Below, piece by piece: positions 26,556 through 35,972 of a stretch of DNA of 64,000 bases. Position numbers and translations under genes: made by a program. The notes beneath the pieces were generated by a model that was not told the origin of the DNA, made no database searches, and saw only the letters and a program-made list of their open reading frames with translations. Position 1 is the stretch's first letter. Every line of letters starts with the position of its first letter. The stretch is from Acidimicrobiia bacterium. Its GTDB lineage: Bacteria > Actinomycetota > Acidimicrobiia > Spongiisociales > ZC4RG35. The DNA lies in assembly GCA_040878345.1 (NCBI GenBank), contig JBBDML010000015.1, forward strand, positions 20,882 to 84,881, given 5' to 3'.

Positions 26556-27005
26556 ATGGAGGAAGTGCTCGAACGACTGAAGTCGATGGCCGGCTCGGAA
26601 GTAGGGGTCAGTGAATGGATGCTGATCACCCAGGAGCGGGTCAACGCCTTCGCAGACGCGACCGGTGACCACCAATACATCCATGTCGACCCGGATCTGG
26701 CCAGTCAGACCCTGTTCGGAGGCACCATCGCTCACGGCTTCCTGACGCTCTCTTTGATCATCCCACTGGTGGCCTCGATTCCGCTCGATGTTGGGGCACC
26801 TGTGATGGGGGTCAACTATGGGCTCGACAGGGTTCGGTTTCCGGCGCCGGTGCCGGTCGGGTCGAAGATCAGGGCGCGGCTCACCATCGACTCTGTGGAC
26901 GAGGTCATGGGGGGGCTGCAGCTCAACCGGACCGTCACCGTCGAAGTGGATGGGAATGACAAGCCGGCGATGGTGGCCCAGACCATCGTTCGGCTCTACT
27001 ACTGA
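26556..27005 (+). CDS. MaoC-like (R)-specific enoyl-CoA hydratase/dehydratase
   Basis: Hot-dog fold motif GDHQYIHVDPDLASQTLFGGTIAHG. Confidence 0.7.
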   Translation: MEEVLERLKSMAGSEVGVSEWMLITQERVNAFADATGDHQYIHVDPDLASQTLFGGTIAHGFLTLSLIIPLVASIPLDVGAPVMGVNYGLDRVRFPAPVPVGSKIRARLTIDSVDEVMGGLQLNRTVTVEVDGNDKPAMVAQTIVRLYY

Positions 27006-27038
27006 GACGTGCGTATAAGGCTTCGGCCTGCTTCAGGC

Positions 27039-27800
27039 TCAGTGGTTGGTGTACACGTGGAAGTCGGCGACGGTCCGGTAGCCGATTCGCTCGTACGTCT
27101 TGTAGCCCATCGGCTCAGCTTGCAATGAGGAGATCCTCGCTCCTTGCTCGAAACCGTGGATGGTCAGAGCGGTGGTGACCGCCCGGCCGTAACCCCTCCG
27201 ACGGAACGACGAGTGAGTGCCGACATGGAGCACCTCGATCACATCCCCGCTCCGGTAGTACATCCCTGCGGCAGCCGGCCAATCATCCTCGTAAGCCACC
27301 GTGGCAACGGAGTCGGGGTTGGAGAGCGACTCGACCGTTGGGTAGCAAAGTGCCCAGGTCTCACGCGCTTCGCCCAGGGTCTCGAACGCCTCGCCCACCA
27401 CGGCGATGAAGGCATCCCTCGACTCTTCCGAGACGACCCGGCCGATCCTGGCCCCGATCGGCAACTCGACCCGGTTCGGCGCCGAGTCGATGACCATCTC
27501 CGGTGAGATCTCACCGGGCCCGAGGGTCTCAATCAGGTCGTCGTCAAGACCGGTCATTGCAACGAGCGAGTAGGCGTGGCCCAGTCTCCCGAAGTAGCTC
27601 GACGCCCGCTCCACGATCCGATCGGTTGGGACACCAGGAGTGGTGCGCACCGCACCATTCCAAGGGAAAGCACTCGGGGAGGGGGTTGCGTACATGAGGA
27701 TCCCGTCTTGCTCCTCGACGGTTCCTCCGCAATATCGAACCATCGTCTTCATCGACCCGGCAAAGGCTCGATGGACGACGCCCAACAACTCCGACGACAT
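27039..27800 (-). CDS. GNAT-like acetyltransferase family protein
   Basis: C-terminal HVGTHSSFRRRGYGRAVT, an acetyl-CoA-binding motif. The N-terminal half is unassigned. Confidence 0.45.
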   Translation of the reverse strand: MSSELLGVVHRAFAGSMKTMVRYCGGTVEEQDGILMYATPSPSAFPWNGAVRTTPGVPTDRIVERASSYFGRLGHAYSLVAMTGLDDDLIETLGPGEISPEMVIDSAPNRVELPIGARIGRVVSEESRDAFIAVVGEAFETLGEARETWALCYPTVESLSNPDSVATVAYEDDWPAAAGMYYRSGDVIEVLHVGTHSSFRRRGYGRAVTTALTIHGFEQGARISSLQAEPMGYKTYERIGYRTVADFHVYTNH

Positions 27801-27813
27801 CGTCCCAAGCTAC

Positions 27814-27925
27814 TCAGCTGAGCGAGCGTCCTCCTCCAACGACGATCACCTCGCCGGTGACGTAGGAGGACAGCGGGGTGAGGAGGAACCAGGCCACATC
27901 GGCGATTTCGCCAGGCGTGCTGAAT
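27814..27925 (-). pseudogene. Duplicated 3' fragment (last ~35 codons) of the SDR gene at 29440..30141
   Basis: About 80 nt (27841..27920) match 29463..29547. The encoded C-terminus MGTPGEIADVAWFLLTPLSSYVTGEVIVVGGGRSLS matches the SDR C-terminus and ends at a stop. It is bounded upstream by a REP hairpin. Confidence 0.5.
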
Positions 27926-27926
27926 C

Positions 27927-27973
27927 GAGCGTGAGTAGATGGGGTCGTTTTTCGACTCCATCTACTCACGCTC
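27927..27973. repeat. REP-like hairpin, copy B (GAGCGTGAGTAGATGG-N15-CCATCTACTCACGCTC)
   Basis: 47 nt with a 16-bp perfect stem. The inner stem is GTCG/CGAC with a TTTTT loop. Confidence 0.7.
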
Positions 27974-27996
27974 AGTGCACGAGATAGGTTTGGGGG

Positions 27997-29391
27997 ATGG
28001 AAAGCAGTACCCACCGTTCCCTGAAGCGGGTCGCCGACGTGGTCACCGAATACCGGACCAGCCTGGCGACCGCCCGGGTGACGTCGGCCATGACCCGGGA
28101 CCAGGTGAGATCCCAACTCGATCAGGAGTTGCCGCAGGTCGGGGAGAGCACGGACGTGGTGCTCGACAAGCTGGTGGCCGGAGCTACACCAGGTCTTATG
28201 GCCTCCGCCGGCCCCCGATATTTCGGGTTTGTCATTGGTGGTGCGCTAGACGCCGCATTGGTGGCGGATTTGGTTGCCGCGGGATGGGACCAGAACGCAT
28301 TCAATGAGGTGACCTCCCCGGCCAGCATCGCCTTCGAGGACCTCGCCGGCACCTGGCTCAAGGATCTGCTCGGGATCCCCTCCACCGCCTCGGTCGGGTT
28401 CGTCACCGGCGCCCAGGGTGCCAACACGGTCGGCCTGGCTGCGGGGAGATGGAAGGTGCTCCACGATCGCGGCTGGGACGTAGGGATCGACGGGCTGTTC
28501 GGTGCCCCCCGGGTCCGGGTGGTGGTTGGAGAGGAGCGGCACGCCACCATCGACCGGTCCCTTCGCCTCCTCGGGTTGGGGGAGCGGTCGGTGGTAGTGG
28601 TCCCGGTCACTTCCGACGGGGCGATGGACGCTGAGGCGTTGCGGGCAACCCTCGCCTCGGACCCCGATGCGCCGACAATCGTCTCCGCCCAGGCAGGGAA
28701 CGTGAACACTGGGGCTTTCGACGATCTGCCCTCCATCGGGACCGCGGTGAGAGAGCTTGGGGGGTGGCTCCATGTCGACGGAGCCTTCGGCCTCTGGGCC
28801 GGGGCATCACCGGCGACCCGGCATCTCGTCGATGGGATCGAGCTGGCCCACTCCTGGGGTTGCGACGGCCACAAGTGGCTCAACGTCCCCTACGACTCGG
28901 GTTACGCCTTCTGCTCGGACCCCGATGTCCATGCCACCTCGATGGCCTACACCGCGGCCTATCTGACCGGTCAGGAAGCGGGGAGGCAGTTCGGTGGCGG
29001 GGACTTCGTTGCCGAGTCGTCCCGGAGAGCGAGGGGATTCGCCACCTGGGCGGCCCTCCGATCGCTCGGGCGCGAGGGTGTCTCCGGCCTGATCGACAGG
29101 TGCTGTTCGCTGGCCCGGCGATTAGCCGAAGGCATCGACGAGATACCGGGAGCCGAGGTGGTGAACGAGGTGGTGCTCAATCAGGTCCTGGTCAGGGTGG
29201 GGGGCGACGCCCTCACGCGTGCGGTGGAGCGCCTGATCCAGGAGGAAGGTGTCTGCTGGCTGGGGTCGACGGTGTGGCGCGGCGAACAGTTGCTCAGGGT
29301 CTCGGTCTCGAACTGGGCCACCACGGAGGAAGACATCGATCTCAGCGTGGGGTCGATGGCAAGGGCATTGGAGAGGGCCACGGCAAGCTGA
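27997..29391 (+). CDS. PLP-dependent group II amino-acid decarboxylase
   Basis: PLP-lysine block SWGCDGHKWLNVPYDSGYAF. Length and layout are typical of the family. Confidence 0.7.
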   Translation: MESSTHRSLKRVADVVTEYRTSLATARVTSAMTRDQVRSQLDQELPQVGESTDVVLDKLVAGATPGLMASAGPRYFGFVIGGALDAALVADLVAAGWDQNAFNEVTSPASIAFEDLAGTWLKDLLGIPSTASVGFVTGAQGANTVGLAAGRWKVLHDRGWDVGIDGLFGAPRVRVVVGEERHATIDRSLRLLGLGERSVVVVPVTSDGAMDAEALRATLASDPDAPTIVSAQAGNVNTGAFDDLPSIGTAVRELGGWLHVDGAFGLWAGASPATRHLVDGIELAHSWGCDGHKWLNVPYDSGYAFCSDPDVHATSMAYTAAYLTGQEAGRQFGGGDFVAESSRRARGFATWAALRSLGREGVSGLIDRCCSLARRLAEGIDEIPGAEVVNEVVLNQVLVRVGGDALTRAVERLIQEEGVCWLGSTVWRGEQLLRVSVSNWATTEEDIDLSVGSMARALERATAS

Positions 29392-29394
29392 ACC

Positions 29395-29441
29395 GAGCGT
29401 GAGTAGATGGGGTGGTTATTCGACGCCATCTACTCACGCTC
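29395..29441. repeat. REP-like hairpin, copy C
   Basis: Same 16-bp arms as copy B; the loop differs by a few nucleotides. It sits exactly between the convergent decarboxylase and SDR stops. Confidence 0.7.
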
Positions 29442-30141
29442 AGGAAAGGGACCTGCCCCCGCCGACCACGATCACCTCACCGGTGATGTAGGAAGACAGC
29501 GGGGTGAGAAGGAACCAGGCCACATCGGCGATTTCGCCAGGCGTGCCCATTCGATCCAGAGGTATGGCGGAGACCATTTTGGTGAGGACGTCTTCGGGGA
29601 TGGCCATGGCCATCTCTGTCCCGATCAGACCTGGGGCGATGGCGTTCACCCGAAGATGGGGCGCCAACGACAAGGCCATTGACCGGGTGAGCCCGACAAC
29701 TCCGCCTTTCGACATCGAGTAGTTGAACTGGCCGAAGTTGCCCAGATACGCCCTGGACGCGATGTTGACTATCGACCCGCCGTCCGACATGAGTGGGGCC
29801 AACTCTTTGCTGAGGCGATAGGAGACTCCCAGATTCACGTCAAGGACGCTCTTGAAGTCCTTGACGGACATGTTCACCAGACGCGAGTCCCGAGTGATCC
29901 CGGCATTGTTGACAAGGCCGATCAGCTCGGACCCGGTCCCCACGACCGCCTCGACCAGAGAGGCCAGCCCTGCTTCGGTGGTGAGGTCGGTCTCGACCTG
30001 GACCACATTGCCTTCGATCGAGGCGAGCTCCGGGGAGATGTCTGCTGCGACGACCGTGAAAGGGCCGCCGGTGGTCAGCCGTTCGGTGATGGCGCGCCCG
30101 ATACCGCGTGCTGCCCCGGTCACGACGATGGTTCCCTTCAC
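29440..30141 (-). CDS. Short-chain dehydrogenase/reductase (3-oxoacyl reductase-like)
   Basis: TGAARGIGRAI Rossmann motif, NNAG, and catalytic S...Y..K region. The start was chosen at GTG 30141, which overlaps the upstream stop as GTGA. The ORF track starts at 30297. Confidence 0.7.
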   Translation of the reverse strand: MKGTIVVTGAARGIGRAITERLTTGGPFTVVAADISPELASIEGNVVQVETDLTTEAGLASLVEAVVGTGSELIGLVNNAGITRDSRLVNMSVKDFKSVLDVNLGVSYRLSKELAPLMSDGGSIVNIASRAYLGNFGQFNYSMSKGGVVGLTRSMALSLAPHLRVNAIAPGLIGTEMAMAIPEDVLTKMVSAIPLDRMGTPGEIADVAWFLLTPLSSYITGEVIVVGGGRSLS

Positions 30142-30512
30142 GGCAGGGCCTTGCCGATATGGCCCGATCCGACTCGGATCAGCTCCCCGGTGACACCGCC
30201 CGAGTCGAGCATCCTCTCGGCCCATGTGGCGGCCAGGTCCCGCTGCCCCTCCTCCCCGTCCCAGGCGATGACATTGACGGTCCACCCTTTGGCCCACCCC
30301 TCGAGGGCTGCGGTCCTGGCAGCTGACAGGAGCCCGGTGGCGACCATCGCATCCCCGACCCCGCCACGACCGAGCAGGTCGTTGGTGTTGACCACGTAGA
30401 CGAAGGACTCACCCCTTTGGGCTGCGGCCCGGCTCATCTCGAAACCGCGCTCCAGCTCGGCGCGGACCTCGGGCCAGTCGTCGGAGACCCGGTCGGCCCA
30501 ATGGATGTTCAT
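30138..30512 (-). CDS. Hypothetical protein (operon member between CoA-transferase and SDR)
   Basis: 124 aa. Its start overlaps the CoA-transferase stop (ATGA) and its stop overlaps the SDR start (GTGA). No motif recognised. Confidence 0.35.
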   Translation of the reverse strand: MNIHWADRVSDDWPEVRAELERGFEMSRAAAQRGESFVYVVNTNDLLGRGGVGDAMVATGLLSAARTAALEGWAKGWTVNVIAWDGEEGQRDLAATWAERMLDSGGVTGELIRVGSGHIGKALP

Positions 30513-31690
30513 GACGACACCGCCCTTCCCTCAGCCACCATCTTCTGGATGCTGGCGAGGTCGACCCCCATCTCACGGAGGACGGCGATTGTGTGTTGAC
30601 CGAGGGTTGGAGGCAGTTCATCTGATCGGGCAGCCCGATCGTCCACCCGAATCGGGGATCCGGTCGTCCGGACATGGCCGGCGATGGGATGCTCGAACTC
30701 GACCAACATCGCATGATGACGGGCCTGGGGGTCATCGAACGCCTCGGCCAGGCTGAGGACCCGCCCAACAGGGAGCCCGGCCTGGCCCAACAGCGTGATC
30801 CAGTGCTCGGCGTCCCTGGTGCGGAACACCTTGTCCAATTTCCTGATCAGTGACGGGCGGTTGGCGGTCCGGTCCTCGTTGGTCGGGTAGTCCTCGACCA
30901 GGTCGGGCCGCTCCAGTGCGTCGGCGAGCAGCTCGAAGTGACGGTCGGAGACGATGGCAAGGGTGAAGGGCCCCTCCGACGCCGAGAACACCTGGTTGGG
31001 GGTGAGGAAGGGGCTGGCGGTCCCGGTTCGGTCAGGTTGGGCGTGGCCGGTGAACCCGAGGGCGTTCCAACCCGACTGGACCGCCATCAAACCGTCCCGC
31101 AAAGAGACGTCGATCCGGCGCCAACGCCGGGGATGCTCGGCGAGGGCGGCGCTGATCGCAAGGGCGGCGTTGGTGCCCGCCACATAGTCCCCAATGGTGG
31201 TGGCGGTCTTGCGAGGCCCGTCATTGGGCTCACCGGTGATCGAGATCATCCCCGACTCGCCCTGGAAGATGAGGTCCACCCCAGTCCGCTGCGCATAGGG
31301 GCCATTGGCACCGAAGGCGTTGATCGAGGCGTAGACCAGGGTCGGGTTCAGCTCACGGCAGCGGGTCTCACCCAGCCCGAGTCGCTCCATGGCGCCGTGT
31401 CGGAGGTTGTTGACCAACACGTCTGCCTTGCGGACCAGGTTGTCGAGGACCCGTTTCGACAGCCAGTCATCGGTGTCGACTGCCACCGACTCCTTGCCAC
31501 GGTTGACCACCATGAAGAACACCGACTCATCGTTCTGAAAGGGGCCGAACCTCCGTGCCAGGTCACCGTCCACCGGTTCGACCTTGATCACCCGGGCACC
31601 GAGATCGGCGAGGAGCATCCCGGCATATGGGCCGGCGATCAGGTTCCCCAGCTCGACCACGAGGGTCCCGCGCAGGGGCCCGTCAGACAC
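30509..31690 (-). CDS. Family III CoA-transferase (CaiB/BaiF type)
   Basis: GPLRGTLVVELGNLIAGPYAGMLLADLGARVIKVEP N-terminal signature. Confidence 0.75.
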   Translation of the reverse strand: MSDGPLRGTLVVELGNLIAGPYAGMLLADLGARVIKVEPVDGDLARRFGPFQNDESVFFMVVNRGKESVAVDTDDWLSKRVLDNLVRKADVLVNNLRHGAMERLGLGETRCRELNPTLVYASINAFGANGPYAQRTGVDLIFQGESGMISITGEPNDGPRKTATTIGDYVAGTNAALAISAALAEHPRRWRRIDVSLRDGLMAVQSGWNALGFTGHAQPDRTGTASPFLTPNQVFSASEGPFTLAIVSDRHFELLADALERPDLVEDYPTNEDRTANRPSLIRKLDKVFRTRDAEHWITLLGQAGLPVGRVLSLAEAFDDPQARHHAMLVEFEHPIAGHVRTTGSPIRVDDRAARSDELPPTLGQHTIAVLREMGVDLASIQKMVAEGRAVSS

Positions 31691-32891
31691 TCTCGATGAC
31701 CGTGGAGATCCCTTGGCCCACCCCGATGCACATGGTGGCCAGCCCGTATCGGCCCCCGCGCCGGCGGAGCTCGTGGCTCAATGTGACCAGGAGCCGGGCG
31801 CCCGAGGCTCCCAGAGGATGGCCGAGGGCGATGGCGCCCCCGTTGACGTTGACCCGCTCCTCGTCCAACTCGAGGAGTCTGATACCCGCCACGGCCTGAG
31901 AGGCGAAGGCCTCGTTGAGCTCGATCAGGTCGAGCTGTCCGGTGTCGATCCCGGCTCGGCCCAGGGCCTTCTCCGAGGCGGGCACCGGCCCGATGCCCAT
32001 GATGTCGGGGTGGACCCCGGCGGCCCCGGTGGAGACGATCCTCGCCATTGGCATCAGACCATGACGGTCCAGCCCTTCCTTGGTGGCGAGGAGGAGCCCT
32101 GCCGCCCCATCGTTCATCGGCGAGGAGTTCCCCGCCGTGACCGATCCGCCCTCCTTGAACACCGGCGGCAGCTTTGCCAGCTTCTCCACAGAGGTATCCG
32201 CTCGCGGCCCCTCGTCGTCGTGAATCAGACGGGTCTCCCGTCCTCTGGCGTCGGTCGGGGCATCGATGGGCTCGATCTCGGAGTCGAATCGCCCGGCCGC
32301 CGCTGCGGCGATGGCCTTCTGATGGGAGGCCAGGGCGAAGCGGTCCTGGTCGTCCCGGGTGACGTCGTACTTGTCGGCCACCACCTCCGCCGTCATCCCC
32401 AGGCTGATCGGCGGGTAGAGCCTCTCCATCCTGGGGTTGACCAATCTCCAGCCGAGCACGGTGTCCACCGATTCGGGGGCGCCGGTGGGAAAGGCTCTCT
32501 CGGCCTTCATGGTGACGTAGGGAGCCCGGGTCATCGATTCCGATCCCCCGGCGATCATCACATCGCCCCAGCCATCCTTCAAGGCGTGGGTGGCCGACAC
32601 CACCGCCTGCATCCCCGACCCGCATAGGCGGTTCACGGTGGCTCCCGGGACCTCGATGGGGAGCCCGGCGAGGAGGCTCGCCATCCGGGCCAGGTTGCGG
32701 TTGTCTTCGCCGGCCTGGTTGGCCGCCCCCCATTGCACGTCTTCGATGGCCATCGGGTCCAGGTCGGGATGACGCGCCAGCAGACGGCCGACGACGTGAG
32801 CCGCCAGGTCGTCGGGTCTCACAAAGGCGAGTTGTCCCCCGATCTTGCCCATCGGGGTTCGGCAACCGTCGACGATGAAGACCTCGGCCAT
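31683..32891 (-). CDS. Acetyl-CoA C-acetyltransferase / 3-ketoacyl-CoA thiolase
   Basis: VNRLCGSGMQAV (active-site Cys) and C-terminal GHPLGASGARL, CIGVGQG. The start was chosen at the internal Met MAEVFIVDG. Confidence 0.8.
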   Translation of the reverse strand: MAEVFIVDGCRTPMGKIGGQLAFVRPDDLAAHVVGRLLARHPDLDPMAIEDVQWGAANQAGEDNRNLARMASLLAGLPIEVPGATVNRLCGSGMQAVVSATHALKDGWGDVMIAGGSESMTRAPYVTMKAERAFPTGAPESVDTVLGWRLVNPRMERLYPPISLGMTAEVVADKYDVTRDDQDRFALASHQKAIAAAAAGRFDSEIEPIDAPTDARGRETRLIHDDEGPRADTSVEKLAKLPPVFKEGGSVTAGNSSPMNDGAAGLLLATKEGLDRHGLMPMARIVSTGAAGVHPDIMGIGPVPASEKALGRAGIDTGQLDLIELNEAFASQAVAGIRLLELDEERVNVNGGAIALGHPLGASGARLLVTLSHELRRRGGRYGLATMCIGVGQGISTVIESV

Positions 32892-32954
32892 GCCGCAATG
32901 ATGGTCGAAGTCCGTTGGCGATGAGAGCCACGACGGCAACTACGGTTCCAGGCG

Positions 32955-33515
32955 ATGACACCACCCGACTTCCTTCCCTTCACCGAGTCGGAGGAGGCCA
33001 ACCGTCTTCTGGCCCAGGACGGCTTGGCGCTCCTCATCGGGATGCTCCTCGACCAGCAGTTCCCCATGGAGCGTGCCTTCTACGGGCCCTATCTGCTCCA
33101 GCAGCGTCTCGGGGAGAGCCTCGATGCTGCCCGCATCGCGGAATGGGACCCGGCGCATCTGGAGGAGGTGTTCAGAGGACCGCCGGCGATACACCGATAC
33201 CCCGCCTCGATGGCCGGAAGGACCCAGGAGCTCTGCCGGGCATTGACCGACGAGTACGGGGGTGCCGCCGAGGCCCTCTGGGAGACCGCAGAGAGCGGTG
33301 ACGACCTTCTCCGGCGGCTCCAGGCGCTCCCCGGCTTCGGCGTGGCCAAGTCACGCATCTTCGTCGGTGTCCTGGGCAGGCGCCTGGGTGTTCGCCCTCC
33401 CGGTTGGGAGGAGAGGGCCGCCGACTGGCCCAGCATCGCCGATGTGGGCAGTTTCGACGACGTCGCCGCCCTTCGTGAGAGGAAGAGGGAGATGAGAGCG
33501 GCCAGAAAAGGCTGA
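32955..33515 (+). CDS. HhH-GPD-type base-excision repair family protein
   Basis: 186 aa helical protein with an HhH-like LPGFGVAKSRIFV segment. Weak assignment. Confidence 0.4.
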   Translation: MTPPDFLPFTESEEANRLLAQDGLALLIGMLLDQQFPMERAFYGPYLLQQRLGESLDAARIAEWDPAHLEEVFRGPPAIHRYPASMAGRTQELCRALTDEYGGAAEALWETAESGDDLLRRLQALPGFGVAKSRIFVGVLGRRLGVRPPGWEERAADWPSIADVGSFDDVAALRERKREMRAARKG

Positions 33516-33575
33516 AGTCCCCTCAACTAAAAGTCGATCCCTGCCGATACCCAGAATCGCGGGGAGGAACTGAAG

Positions 33576-34412
33576 GTGGAAGGACAAATGCATCTCTCGG
33601 GCCAGCTCACCGACTGGAGCATCCACGACTTGCTCCAGATCATGCAGGTCACCAAGAAGACGGGCTCGCTGGACATCGAGGGAGAACGCCGGGGTCGCAT
33701 CCACTTTCGCAACGGGGGAGTCACCGGTGCCGAGCTGACCGGGACCAAGGGCACCTATGTGGGCAACGACCGCGGTGCCGTCGCCGACATCCTCTACGTC
33801 CTTTCCACCTTGTCCGCCGGGTCGTTCTCAGTAGGCCCCGCCGACGGCCCCGAGACCGGCGGCTGGGGAGTGGAGGACGTGCTCAACGACGTCGAGGCGC
33901 TGAAGCTCCTCGAGGGCGAGGTGATCGACGCCGGTCTGTTCGAGGCCGCCGGGGTCAGGCTCACCGGCAATGTGAGCGAGGCCGTCACCATCGATCCCTA
34001 TGACTGGGCTGTCCTGGTCTCACTGGTCCAGCCGTTCACCTTCGGCTATCTCGAGGCCAAGATGGGTCGTGGCGGTGCGGTCAGGGTGTTCCACACCCTG
34101 CATCGCCTCGGGATCGCCGAGCCGATCCTGAGCCGGGACGACGAGTCGGAATGGCTCGATCGTGTCGCCGACGGCATCGCGTCGGAGAGCCCCGAGCCCA
34201 CCTGGCTGGAGCAAAAGGCCATCGAGTCGGAGCCCGCCAGGGTGACCGAGCCCGACCCCGAACCGCTTGGCCAGGTCGAGGACGAGCCCAAGCCGACACC
34301 GGTGGCGGCACATGAGCCGGTGCGTGGGGTCTCCGCCCCGGCATCGACGACGCTCACCGACGGCGTCTATGACGAGATCCGTCGTCTCCGCAGCAAAGTC
34401 GCCGAACGCTGA
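33576..34412 (+). CDS. DUF4388-like domain protein
   Basis: N-terminal segment LSGQLTDWSIHDLLQIMQVTKKTGSLDIE resembles the DUF4388/PATAN-type fold signature. The remainder is acidic low-complexity sequence. Confidence 0.4.
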   Translation: MEGQMHLSGQLTDWSIHDLLQIMQVTKKTGSLDIEGERRGRIHFRNGGVTGAELTGTKGTYVGNDRGAVADILYVLSTLSAGSFSVGPADGPETGGWGVEDVLNDVEALKLLEGEVIDAGLFEAAGVRLTGNVSEAVTIDPYDWAVLVSLVQPFTFGYLEAKMGRGGAVRVFHTLHRLGIAEPILSRDDESEWLDRVADGIASESPEPTWLEQKAIESEPARVTEPDPEPLGQVEDEPKPTPVAAHEPVRGVSAPASTTLTDGVYDEIRRLRSKVAER

Positions 34413-34431
34413 TCGGTAACGTCGCCGGGCG

Positions 34432-35070
34432 ATGCCCGAGCGCAGCCCCTGGAGATCCGACCGCCCATTGTTCATAGGGATCGCCGGCGGCTCCGGCTCC
34501 GGAAAGACCACCATCGCCGCCGCGGTCGTCGAAATGCTGGATGGCAAGGTGTCTCTGGTCCAGCACGACGCCTACTACCGCCATCAGCCCGATCTCTCGT
34601 TCCAGGAGCGGACCAGGGTCAACTACGACCACCCTTCCTCGCTCGAGACCGAGCTCTTGGTCGAGCACCTGCAGACCCTGAGATCCGGGGTGGGGATCGA
34701 TCGCCCGGTCTATGACTTCGCCCTGCACCTCAGATCGGGGGAGACGGTGTGGGTGGAGCCGGCGCAGGTGGTGATCATCGAGGGGATCCTGGTCCTCGCC
34801 GAGCCCGGGCTCAGGTCGGAGCTCGAGCTCAAGATCTTTGTCGACACCGATCCCGACCTGCGACTCGCCCGACGTCTGCAACGCGACATCGAGAAGCGGG
34901 GCAGGACCGTGGATTCGGTGATCGCCCAGTACTTCGCCACCGTGCGCCCCATGCACATCGAGTTCGTTCAGCCTTCGATGCGCCATGCCGATCTCATCAT
35001 CCCGGAGGGTTTCAACCCGGCGGCGGTGGCCACCGTCGTCGAGCTGATCCGGTCCCGGCTCCAGTCATAG
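34432..35070 (+). CDS. udk: Uridine kinase
   Basis: P-loop IGIAGGSGSGKTT plus HDAYY and DFALH, typical Udk blocks. Confidence 0.75.
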   Translation: MPERSPWRSDRPLFIGIAGGSGSGKTTIAAAVVEMLDGKVSLVQHDAYYRHQPDLSFQERTRVNYDHPSSLETELLVEHLQTLRSGVGIDRPVYDFALHLRSGETVWVEPAQVVIIEGILVLAEPGLRSELELKIFVDTDPDLRLARRLQRDIEKRGRTVDSVIAQYFATVRPMHIEFVQPSMRHADLIIPEGFNPAAVATVVELIRSRLQS

Positions 35071-35079
35071 AATCCTGTC

Positions 35080-35919
35080 ATGTCTGATCGCGTTTCTGTT
35101 GGCATCATCGGCGTGGGCGCCATGGGAGAAGCCCTGGCTTCGGGGCTCCTCGCTGCCGGTTGGGCACCATCGGAGATCGCCCTCTGCGTGCGCCGCCCCG
35201 AGCGAGGAGACGACCTGGCCAACCGCACCGGGTGCCCGGTCACCCTCGATGCGGTGGAGGCGATCAGGGGAAGGGACCTGGTGGTGGTGGCGGTCAAGCC
35301 CCGTGACGTTGGTGTGATCGTCGAGACCCTTGCCGGGCATCTCGAACCTGGTCAGACAGTCCTAACCCTAGCCGCGGGGGTCACCACGGCCACCTACGAG
35401 CAAGGCCTCGGGGTCGTGCCCGTGGTGAGGGCGATGCCCAACACCCCGGCCCTGGTGCGTCAGGGTGTCACCGGGATCGCGGCCGGGCGTCACGCCGGCG
35501 AGGAGCATCTCGCGGTGGCCCGTCAGGTCCTCGACGCAGTGGGCTCGGTCCGGGTGATGGAAGAGTCACTCCTCGATGCGGTGACCGCGGTGTCAGGCAC
35601 CGGACCGGCGTACGTGTTCCTGATGGCCGAGGCGCTGACCGAGGCGGCGATGAGGGAGGGGCTTCCCAGGGACATTGCCGAGAGCTTCGTCAACCAGACG
35701 ATCCGGGGAGCCGGCCACCTCCTCACCGACACCTCGAAGAGCCCGGCACAACTCCGCTACGAGGTCACCTCCCCGGGCGGCACCACCGCGGCCGCCATGC
35801 ACATCCTCGAGGAGAGGGGGTTTCGGGCATTGGTGGAGGATGCGGTGCGTGCCGCCGCGGTGCGGGCGGCCGAGCTTGGTGAGAGCCAGAAGCCGGAACC
35901 GGGCGGGGTGGATACCTGA
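35080..35919 (+). CDS. proC: Pyrroline-5-carboxylate reductase
   Basis: VGIIGVGAMGEAL NAD site and the conserved C-terminal block SPGGTTAAAMHILEE. Confidence 0.75.
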   Translation: MSDRVSVGIIGVGAMGEALASGLLAAGWAPSEIALCVRRPERGDDLANRTGCPVTLDAVEAIRGRDLVVVAVKPRDVGVIVETLAGHLEPGQTVLTLAAGVTTATYEQGLGVVPVVRAMPNTPALVRQGVTGIAAGRHAGEEHLAVARQVLDAVGSVRVMEESLLDAVTAVSGTGPAYVFLMAEALTEAAMREGLPRDIAESFVNQTIRGAGHLLTDTSKSPAQLRYEVTSPGGTTAAAMHILEERGFRALVEDAVRAAAVRAAELGESQKPEPGGVDT

Positions 35920-35972
35920 GTCTGTTCTCACGTCTGACGGCGGCGGTCACCCAGGCGGCCCCTATCGAGAAG

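Noticed and set aside
31639-32964. 441-aa alternative-frame ORF overlapping the thiolase gene
   Set aside because: Arg/Gly/Pro-rich junk translation. The thiolase frame has canonical active-site motifs.
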